Origin: Histomonas meleagridis 2922-C6/04-290x | Lineage: Eukaryota; Protista; Parabasalia | Length of the DNA: 64,000 bases | Assembly (NCBI GenBank): GCA_020184695.1 | Contig: JAANOX010000034.1 | Span: 434,001 to 498,000 of the forward strand | Direction: 5' to 3' | Part shown: in pieces, positions 22,021 to 33,968 of the stretch | Numbering within the stretch: the first letter of the stretch is position 1 | Layout: each line of letters begins with the position of its first letter | The notes under the pieces: generated by a model | Told to the model about the DNA's origin: nothing | Database searches by the model: none | What the model saw: only the letters and a program-made list of their open reading frames with translations | Translations under genes and position numbers: made by a program

Positions 22021-23181
22021 ATGGAAGAGGCCAAAACTCCATACCAAACTTTTGATGAGAAGTGGAAAACTGATGATGAAGGAGTTGAAACATTAACGAC
22101 AATTTCACAAAAATCAAATGAAAGCTCGATTTTATCATATCTTGAAAAGAAAAGAATAATATTAAAAGAACAGCACATTAAATATGCTAAAAAGATATAT
22201 TCACGCACTGAAAAGTCAAGTGGATCGAGTGAAACTTTTAGTCTTTGGAAGGCACCATACACTCTTTTTCCTCTTCGCATTCTTCAATATGATGGAGAAG
22301 ATATGCCACAAATTCTCTCTTCAATAACCAACTATCTAAGATCTCACATTGATATTGATGGAGACTTTTCAGGTATGTATTATGATAATTCACATTTAGT
22401 TACAAATTATGGCGTTACCATGGCTATTGCTCTCATTGGAACCGAGGAAGCATACGAGCTTGTGGATAGGCAGAAAACTTATGATGTTTTGCTTTCTCTT
22501 AAGCTTCCCAATGGATCTTTCCGAACAACTAAAGGAATGGAAAGTGACATCAGGTCCACATTTACAGCACTTCTTATTGCTTATTCGTATAATATTCTTA
22601 CACCAGAACTTATTGAAGGTGTTGAAGAATTCATTTTGAGCTGTAAAAATTTTGATGGTGGCTTTTCTCCATGTCCTAATTATGAATCACATGGAGGGTA
22701 TCTTCATTGCGGAGTTGGCGCCATGAAAATCCTCGGCAAACTTGATAAGCTGAATTTGCCTGCCATCATCAGGTGGATCACCGATAGACAAGTCACTTTT
22801 AGTGGCGGTTTTCAGGGGCGCCCCAATAAATTGGTCGATAGCTGTTATTCATGGTGGGTTGGCACTGCAGCTCGTATCATTGCAGATCACCTTGGAATCG
22901 AACCATTTTGGAATGAGAGTGCTATGACTGATTATGTAACAATGTCAGCGCAATCTATTTTTGGAGGTTTCTTGGATCATAGACCTTCAACGACTGATCC
23001 ATTCCACACAATGTATGGCTTCGCTGGGTTGTGCGTTTGTGGGCTTAGAAGTATTGGAGAAGGAGAAGAAAGGGTTGATCTTCCTGAAGTTGATACAATG
23101 TTATGTTGTCCAAAAGATCTTGTTGAAAAGATGCATAAGTACTTCTATTCGAAGCCATTCGTCCCTAAAAGTAATCAATAA
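22021..23181 (+). CDS. FNTB: Protein farnesyltransferase beta subunit (prenyltransferase repeats)
   Basis: GESDIRSTFTA-like motif (GMESDIRSTF), GGFSPCPNYESHGGYLHCG, GGFQGRPNKLVDSCYSWWVG and DPFHTMYGFAGL. Confidence 0.85.
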   Translation: MEEAKTPYQTFDEKWKTDDEGVETLTTISQKSNESSILSYLEKKRIILKEQHIKYAKKIYSRTEKSSGSSETFSLWKAPYTLFPLRILQYDGEDMPQILSSITNYLRSHIDIDGDFSGMYYDNSHLVTNYGVTMAIALIGTEEAYELVDRQKTYDVLLSLKLPNGSFRTTKGMESDIRSTFTALLIAYSYNILTPELIEGVEEFILSCKNFDGGFSPCPNYESHGGYLHCGVGAMKILGKLDKLNLPAIIRWITDRQVTFSGGFQGRPNKLVDSCYSWWVGTAARIIADHLGIEPFWNESAMTDYVTMSAQSIFGGFLDHRPSTTDPFHTMYGFAGLCVCGLRSIGEGEERVDLPEVDTMLCCPKDLVEKMHKYFYSKPFVPKSNQ

Positions 23182-23431
23182 ACTTTTGTTGTTTCAATTA
23201 TTCTTCATGTTATAATGTGAATTTCCAAATTTGATATCAAAAATTTGTTGAAGTATGGAATCAATTCATATAGGAATACTAAATATTCCTAATGAGCACT
23301 ATCTAATTAAAATAAATAACTTCTTATACGTTCATAAAACTTTTTTTAGTTTCAAAAGACTCATCAAGTTGGTATATAAAATGATTGAAGTAATGTATCA
23401 AATTTTAAAAAACGATTGAATATTTATTCAT

Positions 23432-24262
23432 TTACTGAATTGATTTATGCGCTTCTGTTGGATCGTAAAGCTTTGATACCATTTCAATAACATTTGTGTT
23501 GGCAACACCATTTCCAAAATAAAAATTACAAAAATCAGTCTGGCGAACATCAAAAACAAACCCTGGCCAACGCAGGGAGCGCATCTGTATTTCATCATTT
23601 TCACCTGTGAATGAAAATGACCATTCTGTCAAATCGATAAGCTGATCTAAAAAATCTGTTGCGGGGTTGGAAAGAGACTTTTCAAGTGGTGTCATTTCCT
23701 TCTTTCGTGGACGCCAGTGACGGAAATTCTTGAGATTGTGGACATCTTTGATTTGGATTCCATTCCAAAGAGGATTTAGAAGAACATTGTCAAGAGCTGT
23801 TTGTATAACATATCCACGTGGAATCAGAAAACAATTTTCAAATATATCAGAAACAATTGAAGAGAGACGGATTTCTTCGTTTATAATACGACCTGATGAT
23901 AATGTAAACTCGCTGATAAGCGAACCTGTAAGAGGGGTTTTAAGTTCGATGGCTTCGTTTTTTGTTTCAATATCAACCCCACATAATGAAAACCATGTAA
24001 TTGTATCTTGAGAACAATAAAAGATGGAAGGAATGTAATTATTAACTTCTGTTGAAAAAGCAATATAATAATCTTTGTCTAAAGCAAGGATTTTACCCAA
24101 GAAAAACATTGAATCACTTTTCATTTGATTTTGTAAAAGACGAAGCGAGCACATAATTCGAATGGCTTCAACTTGTGATAGTGTCATCCCTTGATTAGGG
24201 ATTTCTTCAATGAAATCAGCTAAACGCCCAATTTCCATCTTTAGATAACGTATTAAAGTCAC
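23432..24262 (-). CDS. RSPH9: Radial spoke head protein 9
   Basis: FFLGKILALDKDYYIAF, EEIRLSSIV..I...C.LIPRG, NP.WNG and RSLRWPG motifs. Confidence 0.8.
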   Translation of the reverse strand: MTLIRYLKMEIGRLADFIEEIPNQGMTLSQVEAIRIMCSLRLLQNQMKSDSMFFLGKILALDKDYYIAFSTEVNNYIPSIFYCSQDTITWFSLCGVDIETKNEAIELKTPLTGSLISEFTLSSGRIINEEIRLSSIVSDIFENCFLIPRGYVIQTALDNVLLNPLWNGIQIKDVHNLKNFRHWRPRKKEMTPLEKSLSNPATDFLDQLIDLTEWSFSFTGENDEIQMRSLRWPGFVFDVRQTDFCNFYFGNGVANTNVIEMVSKLYDPTEAHKSIQ

Positions 24263-24320
24263 TTTTCATGTTTTCTGGGTGCCCCAAATCTTGAAACCAG
24301 TTTCGGCGGTTTTATAAAAA

Positions 24321-25268
24321 ATGTGTGAATTTTTCGCTGCAGGAGATAATACTTATGGGCAACTATGGAATCCAAAATACAAGCTTTGTCCAATTTTTGT
24401 TCAATGCACATCTTTTCCATTAAAACCTTCTGAAGAAATTACACAAATTTCAATTTTTAATCAAACACTTGCTGTTCTAATAAATAAGTCAAAAGTTCTT
24501 TTTAAGCATGAGGATCAGGAAATTATCTATTTTAATGGTTCTTTCACATCAATAGCATGTTTAGATAATACTGTTTTTGCACTAACAGACGACGGGAAAA
24601 TAATAAATTTAACAACAAAAGAATGCTATGATAGCTCTAAGTTTGTTTCATTTGCTGTATCACCAACCTACATTGTTGCAATTGATGAAGATCATAATGC
24701 AATTCTTTTAAATCAGGATTCCGAACCAAGTAAAATTGCAGAAGATGCAATTGTTGTTGGATGTACTACAGATATCATATTTATTGCCACAAGTGAATCT
24801 CTTCTTAAGTATGAAGATGGTGAAATCACTAGCATTAAATCAAACCAAATTGCTGCTATAGCATGTTCAGAGGATGATGTCCTCTTTCTTGACACTGAAG
24901 GCACTGTCTGGAAATATGAACTCAATAATCTTATCCAAATGTATGCGCTTCCACCAATCGTTTCTATCTCACTTGGGCCTCAACATGCCGCAGCACTTTC
25001 TGTTGATGGCCGCCTTTATACATGGGGATTTAATCCTTCTGGTCAGTTAGGTATCGGGACAGATTTACCTACGAATTACCCATCAATGGTCATTGAAAAT
25101 GTTATTCAGGTTGCATGTGGAACACATCATACTCTTGCGTTATGCTCTAAAACAAAGAGACCTCTTATTCCTGAGCATATGAAAACAAACCAAAAAATAT
25201 TTGAGAACTTTACACGACCCTCGACTAAAACAGTCGGAAAAATAACAAGAGCAGAACTCCTTTTTTGA
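24321..25268 (+). CDS. RCC1-repeat protein
   Basis: AGDNTYGQL and ISLGPQHAAALSVDGRLYTWGFNPSGQLGIG...IQVACGTHHTLAL. Confidence 0.85.
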   Translation: MCEFFAAGDNTYGQLWNPKYKLCPIFVQCTSFPLKPSEEITQISIFNQTLAVLINKSKVLFKHEDQEIIYFNGSFTSIACLDNTVFALTDDGKIINLTTKECYDSSKFVSFAVSPTYIVAIDEDHNAILLNQDSEPSKIAEDAIVVGCTTDIIFIATSESLLKYEDGEITSIKSNQIAAIACSEDDVLFLDTEGTVWKYELNNLIQMYALPPIVSISLGPQHAAALSVDGRLYTWGFNPSGQLGIGTDLPTNYPSMVIENVIQVACGTHHTLALCSKTKRPLIPEHMKTNQKIFENFTRPSTKTVGKITRAELLF

Positions 25269-25549
25269 TGCAGTAAATGTTATATTTGAAATTTTTTGTA
25301 AAAAATGAGACCCCTCAGGAATAAAAGTACATTTTATGTTGGATAAATCCAATTGTTGAGAAGCGAACAAAACCTGAGAATGTGTTTTTTTAAGTTTTTC
25401 TGAGTCATTTGAATGCAAGCCCTCATTTCACTTGCAACTAAAACTTGAATTTTGGTTACTCACGTTAAAACAGCTTCTGTAATTGTTAAATAATTGAATG
25501 TTTAATATTTAGTAAAATAATCAAAAAGATGTTAAGTCATTTCAGGAAG

Positions 25550-25910
25550 ACTCTTTTGTCTTGCATTAAAAGCAAACATATAAATATTCCAAGCATTAAT
25601 ATCAATTCCTTTTTGTGAAAGAAGTAATTAACTATGAATGTACCCATAAAAAGATGCTAACATAAGTGGTATATAAAATATCTTAAATATCTTTCGCACT
25701 AATAACAATATCTTCTTGTTCAAGAAGGTTTTTACCTGTTTCAATATGATCCAAACAAACAGCTTCAAATAATGCTGTCGAAAATTACATGTGTAAATGT
25801 ACCAAAAATCAAAAAAAAAATTAAGTTATTGAAAAAAACATCAAACTTCTATAACAAAACTCAAGCAAAACAAATATACATCTTTAGCATTGACATCAAT
25901 TCCTTTTTGC
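25550..25910 (-). pseudogene. Highly degraded spacer-interrupted ankyrin remnant
   Basis: EQKGIDVNAKD, a ~101-nt degenerate spacer (25779-25879), a TALFEA... cassette, and further PLMLAS / SQKGIDINA fragments with frameshifts. Confidence 0.65.
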
Positions 25911-26038
25911 TCACATCAGCACAGACATAAATAATTTAAATGATTCAGTCATCGCACACTGTCAGAAGCCTCATTCGACATTTTGCTTTGAGATAATAAG
26001 TATTCAAAAAGTTACTTATCTTTAATAAAAATTGCTAA

Positions 26039-28075
26039 TTATTGTGGCGTAGAAGCAGATTTGGCGATGTAGTCATCGATTTTCTTCATAGCTGCCTCAG
26101 CGCCTATGCACGCCACTTTAATGACGTTTGATTGATTCTCTAAGGGCTTCAGTTCGTTATATGCCGTCAGCACTTGTGTCTTCATCATCGTAATCGAGGG
26201 AATCATCATTGGGTTTGGCGCCATGTTCGTCATCATTTCGATCGAAGGGAACATCGCGTTTAAGTTGGGAACAGTCCTCGTTTCCGCATTAACAACTTCT
26301 GGTGAAACTGCAGGTGCAGCAGGCGGCGTAGGTGGTGCAGCAGGCGGCGCTGTTGGCGCAGCATTATATAATGCAGCTGGAGATGTTGGAACGGTTGGGG
26401 TGATGGGGGTGGTTGGGGCGGTTGCTGGGGGACCGTTACTGTTCATGAGTTGGTTTGCATCGTTCATTAACTTAACGAACTCCGGATTTCTCTTCAGCTC
26501 ATCAATATCACCAGTGAACCTGTTGACTTGATCGTTGAAAGCTTCGAGCGCGCTCTTGAGGCCCACCCTGTAAGCAGCGGACAAATTGGAGTTATTGGTG
26601 GCCACTGCTGCTTCCAAATCGCTCATAGCTCTTTTGACGTTCTGAGCGTTGACCTTCATGAAGTCTTGTATTTCGATGTACTTCTTCTCTTTATGTGTTT
26701 GCTGAATTATTTCCGAAATTTCATCGATGAGTTTCTGTCTGTTTCCAGTGATGTCCATGTCATCCAAACCTTTCATATCTTTCTTCAGGTTACGTCGACT
26801 CGTCTTAAACAATTTGATGTCTTGTTGCTTACGAGCGTTTTCTAGTTCTTTCTTATGCTTCTTGACACTCTTTTCGATCTTATCAAGTTTTTCATCAATG
26901 ACATCTGTAATAACTTCGACGATTGTATTTGCTTTACGTTCCAATACTTTCTTATAGACATCTTCAAACCATAACTTCTTCGATTTAATTAATTCGCGAT
27001 GTTTCGGTGGCTGAAATTCTTCACAAATCCATAATAGTCGATTATATGTATTATTCGCTTCACTTTCGGAGATGTAATGTGGATATGCTTTGTATATCAA
27101 TTTGAGCGTAATGTCTAAAATTTTGTCTAAAAAGTTCGAAATAGCATCAAGTTTTTGTTGGTAATAAAATGAAAAGTCAAGAAGCAATGGTATTGGCTTG
27201 GAACCTGGACGATGAATCGCACGATATCCAATGTCCCAAAATTGTTGGAGTTTGAGGCCTAAATCACAATACATATCAGTGACTTGGAAGAAATATATAT
27301 CTGATTCATATGAGGGAAAACTTTGTCGAATAATATAATTACCACTGTTTTCATCATCTTCATCACATGGTGGTAATATTTCACGCCACTTATGCCCCGT
27401 TTCGTTAGCATACTCATTGGCATTATAAACAATTTCGAATTTACATATTTTGTCGGCTATCTCAGTGAAAACTGCTTCGAATCGATCTTCAAGATAAGGG
27501 AATAATGTACATACTTCTAAGAATGGATCAATTTCTGATGGCCGAACATTGGAACTGAACTGATCATAAAGTCGTTTAAGATGAATATCGATTACATCAC
27601 ATTGTGTGATAAAAACAAATTCATCTTTAGAAATAATATCATAATCTGCCTTCCAGTCATTATAAAATCCGTAATCTTTCATGAATTTCTGTCCGTCTTC
27701 ATCGAAAAGATAAGCTACTCCCCAACCATCTTTAGATGGTTTAACATAAGAATCCGCATACCCCCTCCATGTGTAATCATAGAGATGTTCAATATCCTTC
27801 ATGTATGCTTGAAATTCTTCAAAACATGGGATTCCAGCTTCAAGTTTCGGCCATATGCGCTTAAGTCCATCAAAGAAGCTATTCATAAAATTACAGAATT
27901 TTCTATGACTACTAAGAGCACTTGTAATGTGAGATGGATCAGTCAATGTTTTTTGTCCCATCAATGTTTTGCCTAAAACTTTAAGAGCTTTTCCAATATC
28001 ATTTCTATCATCGTCGACTTTTCTCATTGCTGAATCGAAATAAGGATATGTGTTGAATCGAGGAAAATTTAGCAT
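26039..28075 (-). CDS. Hypothetical protein with coiled-coil and Pro/Ala/Thr-rich linker
   Basis: 678-aa ORF with PATAPTTPITPTVPTSPAA...APTAPPAAPPTPPAAP linker; visibly GC-richer 3' half. Confidence 0.75.
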   Translation of the reverse strand: MLNFPRFNTYPYFDSAMRKVDDDRNDIGKALKVLGKTLMGQKTLTDPSHITSALSSHRKFCNFMNSFFDGLKRIWPKLEAGIPCFEEFQAYMKDIEHLYDYTWRGYADSYVKPSKDGWGVAYLFDEDGQKFMKDYGFYNDWKADYDIISKDEFVFITQCDVIDIHLKRLYDQFSSNVRPSEIDPFLEVCTLFPYLEDRFEAVFTEIADKICKFEIVYNANEYANETGHKWREILPPCDEDDENSGNYIIRQSFPSYESDIYFFQVTDMYCDLGLKLQQFWDIGYRAIHRPGSKPIPLLLDFSFYYQQKLDAISNFLDKILDITLKLIYKAYPHYISESEANNTYNRLLWICEEFQPPKHRELIKSKKLWFEDVYKKVLERKANTIVEVITDVIDEKLDKIEKSVKKHKKELENARKQQDIKLFKTSRRNLKKDMKGLDDMDITGNRQKLIDEISEIIQQTHKEKKYIEIQDFMKVNAQNVKRAMSDLEAAVATNNSNLSAAYRVGLKSALEAFNDQVNRFTGDIDELKRNPEFVKLMNDANQLMNSNGPPATAPTTPITPTVPTSPAALYNAAPTAPPAAPPTPPAAPAVSPEVVNAETRTVPNLNAMFPSIEMMTNMAPNPMMIPSITMMKTQVLTAYNELKPLENQSNVIKVACIGAEAAMKKIDDYIAKSASTPQ

Positions 28076-29299
28076 TAGAAATGAAAGTGAGATGTAAAAT
28101 AAGCTCAGAAAAAGTGAAAACGATGTTAATAAATTACAACGGTTACTTAATCAGTCAAAAAAATAACGTGCTGATTTGAACGGATAATCGTAACAGTGTA
28201 AAAAATAAATCACAGAATTGAAGGTTGTAAAACATCTGCTTTCAACGTTAATACAAAAAGTTTATGTAATTTGTGTTCAAAACTTTAACGGTCATAGAAA
28301 ACAAACATGTCTGGCCAATCCAAAACGATCATTTCCAAAAGGAAAACTCGAAAACTTGAAAAAATGGAAAATGTTTGATTTTTCGATTTTTGATTAATTG
28401 AAGCAATCCCACAAGAAGTTTTCTGCTAATTTTCATATAAGTTTGAAAATAGCATGATGTTTATGTAAAATGTTCAAGTTGAAATTGCTGTGTTTCAGAA
28501 ATTTCTGTCTCAGATAAAAAACAGAATGTCAAAGTATGAATTTCTTATTATGTTAATTCAGAAGAATACTTTGTTCTGTAAAATAATAATATCTAATTCA
28601 ATTTCTTCATGATTGAATTCACTTTACTGCAACATGTTGATACAATACATATATGATTGGTTTTCATGAATAAAGAAATGATTTGGCGACATAAAATATT
28701 TTTCGGTAAATCATTCAAAACAAATTGAATTTTAATAATTTGAATTTTTTATAAGCAAAATGTAAAGTACCTAAATTAATTACAATTTCGATATTATTCA
28801 CTGAATCAGTAAATTGGAGTAGCGATACATTGAGAAACATTATTTATGAAATTATTCTGTATTGTTATTGATAATATTTCAATCGAATACATATACCCCT
28901 ATTGATTGGCGATATGTCTATTATAGGATGCTTTAAATACACTAATGTATATTTTTTTCCGAAACAAATTTCGAATGAGTTATATTTTTTATTATTAACC
29001 AGAAAATTTTTTTGGGATTTTTATGTTTTGCTTTTGATTGACACTTTTGGAAACACTGTCACTTTTTGGAATTAAGTTACCAAACTGCTATGATAAAAAT
29101 TAGGTTGCATCGGCTCATAATATTTAATTGTTTTACAGAAAGTGATCAAAACGATATGACACTTTTCGAACATTCAATATTGATGTATTATATTATTTTA
29201 AACTGCTAGAGCTACTCTAGTTTATCAAAAGTTCTATATTTTGATTGCGAGCATAGCCACACAAATAAAATAAACTTCATTACGCCATTACTAGTTTAT

Positions 29300-29800
29300 T
29301 CAAAAAGAATTAAATCCGTCATAAATATCATCAAGATCGAAACCATATTGCGATGGAAGTTCAATTGAATCAAGTGTTGAAGCACCTATATGTTTTCGTT
29401 CTTTTTTGGAAGAGAGTTGAATGGATCTATTTCTAGCTTGTAGAGGAGTACGATGATCAAGATATGGAACAATGTGAGACCACCCACTTGGATTTGTTTT
29501 AAGCATTTCAGTAAGGATATTGTCTTCTTCATCTGTCCATGGTCCCTTATTTATTGATGGATCAAGAGTATTTTTCCAATGTTCACGGCACTGCTTTGAA
29601 TTTCGTGTTTTAACCATTTTGGAGACCTTTTTCCAGTCTTTTCCGTGTATATTAATCGCTTCTCTCATTCGATCATTTTCATCTGGAGTCCACAATCCAT
29701 TATTTGTTTTATGGATCTCCCAATTTGAGATAGTAGTATTAATTGTAGTGTTACAAAGGGAACATGAGGAAATTTTATCAAAGTTTTCCGTGCGTTCCAT
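29300..29800 (-). CDS. R2R3 Myb-like DNA-binding protein
   Basis: WTPDENDRM...HGKDWKKVS....RNSKQCREHWKNTLDPSINKGPWTDEEDNIL...W..I......RT..Q.RNR. Confidence 0.93.
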   Translation of the reverse strand: MERTENFDKISSCSLCNTTINTTISNWEIHKTNNGLWTPDENDRMREAINIHGKDWKKVSKMVKTRNSKQCREHWKNTLDPSINKGPWTDEEDNILTEMLKTNPSGWSHIVPYLDHRTPLQARNRSIQLSSKKERKHIGASTLDSIELPSQYGFDLDDIYDGFNSF

Positions 29801-30400
29801 GTATTTTTGTGATGTGATTTTGAAGGCAGTTCAATTCAAATTTTCATTCAAAATAAAAAACATAGTTATTTCTAGAAATCTGAATTTCTTGAATATTGTT
29901 TTAGGCGTTGAGGAATTAATAGCTTTCCTGATATATTTTAAATGTAAATATAATTAATATATGGTAATGATTAAAAATGACAGCTTTTGCCCACAAGAAA
30001 ATTTCGTAAAAAGCGTGCACGCTTTAACACACTGTGTTAAATTGAATAATTGATTCAAAATTTCAATTAACATTCCGAGACATTCTCAATATTGGAGTAT
30101 TCAATGAACATTCAAATTGAACTTAATAGCATTCAAAAGTGTTTCAACTCGAAGCTATGAAAAAAGGTATCGGCAATGGAACGATCAATAAAGCATACAT
30201 TCATTGGAGGTTTCTATCGTTGTTGTATTATAAAAAAAATGATTTTTGTTGTGGTTTTGTTTGGATATAATTCTTGTTGACAAAACTTGAACCTCTACGA
30301 AAATAATATGTCATCTTAATCAACTAATTTCTTGGTTAATTACTAATGTTAATATCAACAAAACATTATCTTTATTTTCAACTAACTTTTATTATACGTT

Positions 30401-30820
30401 CTAATTTTTGCAGCTTATTTTGGTTTGCACCTTTGCACTCGTTTTTGCGTATTCAATATCTTTGTTAATCTGTGTTATCAGACCATTGATATCTTTAAAA
30501 ACTAGCATAGGTCGAATTTTTTCCATAAGCTCAACTGTTATTTTTTGATCGTAAATATCATCTCTGAAGTTAAGAATGTGTACTTCAAATGTTGGCTTCT
30601 TATTATCAAATGTTGGGTTTTTTCCGATTGATATAACACCTGCTTTTGTTGGATATCCTTCCACGTCTACTGTTCCACAATATACTCCATATTCAGCTTC
30701 TGTAATTTCTTGCCAATAATCTGTTGATATGTTAGCGGTTGGGAATCCAAGTAGAGAATGGCCGCGTCCGAAGCCGTGTATTACAATACCTGAAACAGTG
30801 TACGGTAGCTTAAGTGTCAT
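30401..30820 (-). CDS. RFK: Riboflavin kinase
   Basis: GIVIHGFGRG..LLGFPTANI, GVYCG, SIGKNPTF, EVHILNFRDDIY, IRPM and LITQINKDI. Confidence 0.95.
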   Translation of the reverse strand: MTLKLPYTVSGIVIHGFGRGHSLLGFPTANISTDYWQEITEAEYGVYCGTVDVEGYPTKAGVISIGKNPTFDNKKPTFEVHILNFRDDIYDQKITVELMEKIRPMLVFKDINGLITQINKDIEYAKTSAKVQTKISCKN

Positions 30821-31845
30821 TGAAAAATATGAAGGCTAAAATGGCAGTTTTGATCGAGCGGCCGATATTTATCGGAATTTTCGAACATTTTTCACATCAC
30901 ATGGCATGAAATAAATTCTGGTCAAAAAATTACTTATTCAAAACAATAATTTGATGAATAATCATTCTTGACATATTTATTATATAAAATGCCAATAAAT
31001 GATGCAATCTTTGTATGTATTTAATACAAAATTAAATCATGCACAGACAAAGATATCTTAATTTTATAAAAAGTTAAGTGAAAATTTCCAAATTTATCGA
31101 AAAAATTCAAATCACAAATACTTCTTTTATTCATTTTTTAAGATGTTTTGATAACCCGTTAGACGTTTCACAGTTTCTTTTTAGTTTTCATGTAAAAAAA
31201 GTCTGTAAAATATTTTTTTTAAATATTCAATTTGATCTCTTAAAATAGAATAATATCTTAGGACTTTGTTTTCTCCAGAAAATATGAAAAATATATTAGG
31301 ATGTGTATGTGAAAACCATGATTGTTCGCTTAAATACAAAGGCGATGTAACATGGAGATTTAATAAACCATCCATTCTTAACTACAATTGACTTGTATAA
31401 TTTAAACACTTAGATAATTTTACCACCAGCTCTACATATATAAAATATATATTTAGTATCAAACCTGGAAACAAAGTTATGTATTATTTAAGATGTTCTT
31501 TATACATATATAAGATGTTTATAAGACGATATATTTAAACTTGGAGCTATTAGATAATACAGATTAATGAATTTAACATATCTTATTTAAGAATGAGTAA
31601 TATAAGAAATAATATAATCACTATTGAAGAATAAGAAATATATAAAAGTGTATATTTAACTATTCAAGAATTTTAAGGGAACTTTAACGCAAGAATATTT
31701 AGAACAACTAATTAAAAAAGGAAACCACTTTTTGAATATATTTTCCTGTATTTTAAGTTGCTTTTGATCGTTTAGGTCATCACCCAACCACCGTTTAATA
31801 AATCTGCCAAAAATTGCTCATGTCAAAACTGCCAAAAAATTAGGG

Positions 31846-33294
31846 ATGAACAAAAGCTCCATCCACTTGGACTCTAACTTTGAATACTATCGCAGGCAAG
31901 AGAAGTTCATTGACTGTGTTCTTCTTTCTGGAGGCAAACGCTACCCAGCTCATCGTGTCATTTTAGCAAAGTTTTGTAGTTGGTTCAAGAAATACTTTAT
32001 CGAACATCCAAAACAAGGCAATGCACCATTGGAAGTTGAACTCCCAGTGGATCCAACCGATCAATCTCTTGACCAATTTCTCGATATAATTTATCGTGGA
32101 CGCGCACATATTGATGTCATGAACATACCACCTCTCCTAAAGATGGCCGATTTTTATGATGTTCCAGTTCTTAGAGAGATTATGCGACGTTCTTATACAG
32201 CAGCCAATAATGATTCCACACTCATTCATTTTGTCACCGAATTTATCAAACTTGATCTTACCGATGATGCCATTCGTCTTGCCCCATCATTAGCCCGTAA
32301 CTTTAAGAAAGTATTAGATGGTGAAAAATTAGTCATCTTCACAAAAGAACAATTCTTCAATGCCGTCTCACCCAAAGTTCTTGCTGCTGTTCTTAATGAT
32401 CAATGCTTCAGTAACAAGACACAATATCCTGATACACTTAAAGTCGAGTTAATTGATGAATTTGTTGGCGACACCAAGATCACTGATATCACTGATCAAC
32501 GTGCCTTAGCCTCCTGCATTGATTGGACCGAGCCCAACTCGAAGTATCATCTTGTCAATTATCGATGTGATTGGTTACCAAGTGACATTGCATTTCCATT
32601 ATATGAGTCCTTATTGGTCACACGTAATCGGTCCATCATCAAATTCAACAAATCCATCAAAAGTTCGAAAGATAAATTATCACGTTGGTATCTCTTTGCA
32701 TGGGCCACCAAGATCCATGACTCACATCCCATCAACACTGATGATCCCGAGTTTGATACCATCAGTTTCATTCGTACATTAGGCGGTACCACGCAACCAT
32801 TTAATCCACAGCCGTATGGCCTCATTAAGACATTTATCTCGGCCAAACCCATTGCAGATCCACAGTTTGGTCCATCCAATGTGCTCAAGGATGACACAAG
32901 TTACTTCATGGCGCAAGCAGATCAGAACGGTCCACCAATGGTCGGCTTAGACTTCGGCGACTGTGCCGAATTGGAGCTTAACGAAGTCAGAGTCGACACT
33001 ACAACATTACCACGCAAGTACCGACCGAAGAAGATCATCGGCAACCAGTACTACCCGAAGTGCGGCATCAAGCCATTCGCTGAGAAGTTGGGAATATCAG
33101 TCGGAATGAGCGAGGACGAGTGCAGGAAGTCCAACCCATTAAACGCGCAGTCTAAAGACGGTAAGTTCAAGGTAAGCTACGAAGGTAAGGGAAAGAAGTG
33201 CAGGTGCATATCGGTGATGATGACCGAGCCAAGCTTCGGCGGCGGTAACATCTTAAGAATATCAGGAATCGAAGTGAACGGAGCATTCAAATAA
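31846..33294 (+). CDS. BTB/POZ-domain protein
   Basis: DCVLLSGGKRYPAHRVILAKFCSWFKKYF...FLDIIYRG...LLKMADFYDVPVL. C-terminus is a possible discoidin/galactose-binding-like beta domain. Confidence 0.85.
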   Translation: MNKSSIHLDSNFEYYRRQEKFIDCVLLSGGKRYPAHRVILAKFCSWFKKYFIEHPKQGNAPLEVELPVDPTDQSLDQFLDIIYRGRAHIDVMNIPPLLKMADFYDVPVLREIMRRSYTAANNDSTLIHFVTEFIKLDLTDDAIRLAPSLARNFKKVLDGEKLVIFTKEQFFNAVSPKVLAAVLNDQCFSNKTQYPDTLKVELIDEFVGDTKITDITDQRALASCIDWTEPNSKYHLVNYRCDWLPSDIAFPLYESLLVTRNRSIIKFNKSIKSSKDKLSRWYLFAWATKIHDSHPINTDDPEFDTISFIRTLGGTTQPFNPQPYGLIKTFISAKPIADPQFGPSNVLKDDTSYFMAQADQNGPPMVGLDFGDCAELELNEVRVDTTTLPRKYRPKKIIGNQYYPKCGIKPFAEKLGISVGMSEDECRKSNPLNAQSKDGKFKVSYEGKGKKCRCISVMMTEPSFGGGNILRISGIEVNGAFK

Positions 33295-33968
33295 ATAAAA
33301 AGTGATTCCTTAAACACATTTTGAAGTTTTGGAAATGATAACACGAGAACGAGTGATGATTACGTGCGTCAATGAAATAGAATTTGTTGATGGAGTTAAT
33401 GTCAAACTCTTAAGAATAATATTATTATTATTTTTATCTAATTTGAACTGTATGTGAAATGGATGCCAAATCGATGGTTTTTATCATGTTAATATGTGTG
33501 AACACGTGCATTTTATATAAATAATTTAATAAGTGTCTGGTGTTTTCATAGATAAGTCATTTATCTTTGGACGATTATCGTTAGCTGGATACATAAGTAC
33601 TGTATCATAATTTAACAATTTACAAATATTATTAAAGATTAAATTATAAAATCAATAAATCTCTATTAATAACATCAATTCCTTACCTTATTTAATCACT
33701 TTATGAGAATTTAATCAGTATTAAAAAATCATACAATTAATAATAACAAAATCTATATAAATTCATTAATAATTTAAATGTTTTCAAATAATATTTGTCA
33801 TTAAAGATCAAATATAAATTTGTTTTTATAATAAAAAATTGCATTTCATTTACGTCCAAAACTTTAGGTGCGGAATGATTAGCATATTATCATAACAAAT
33901 GAATAGATACAAAAGATAACAATTTTACCAAAAATAAGTAAAAGAATATTTTGGTTTATATAACAATT

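Noticed and set aside
26223-26957. Plus-strand ORFs opposite the 678-aa gene
   Set aside because: Shadow ORFs caused by the GC-rich coding sequence on the other strand.
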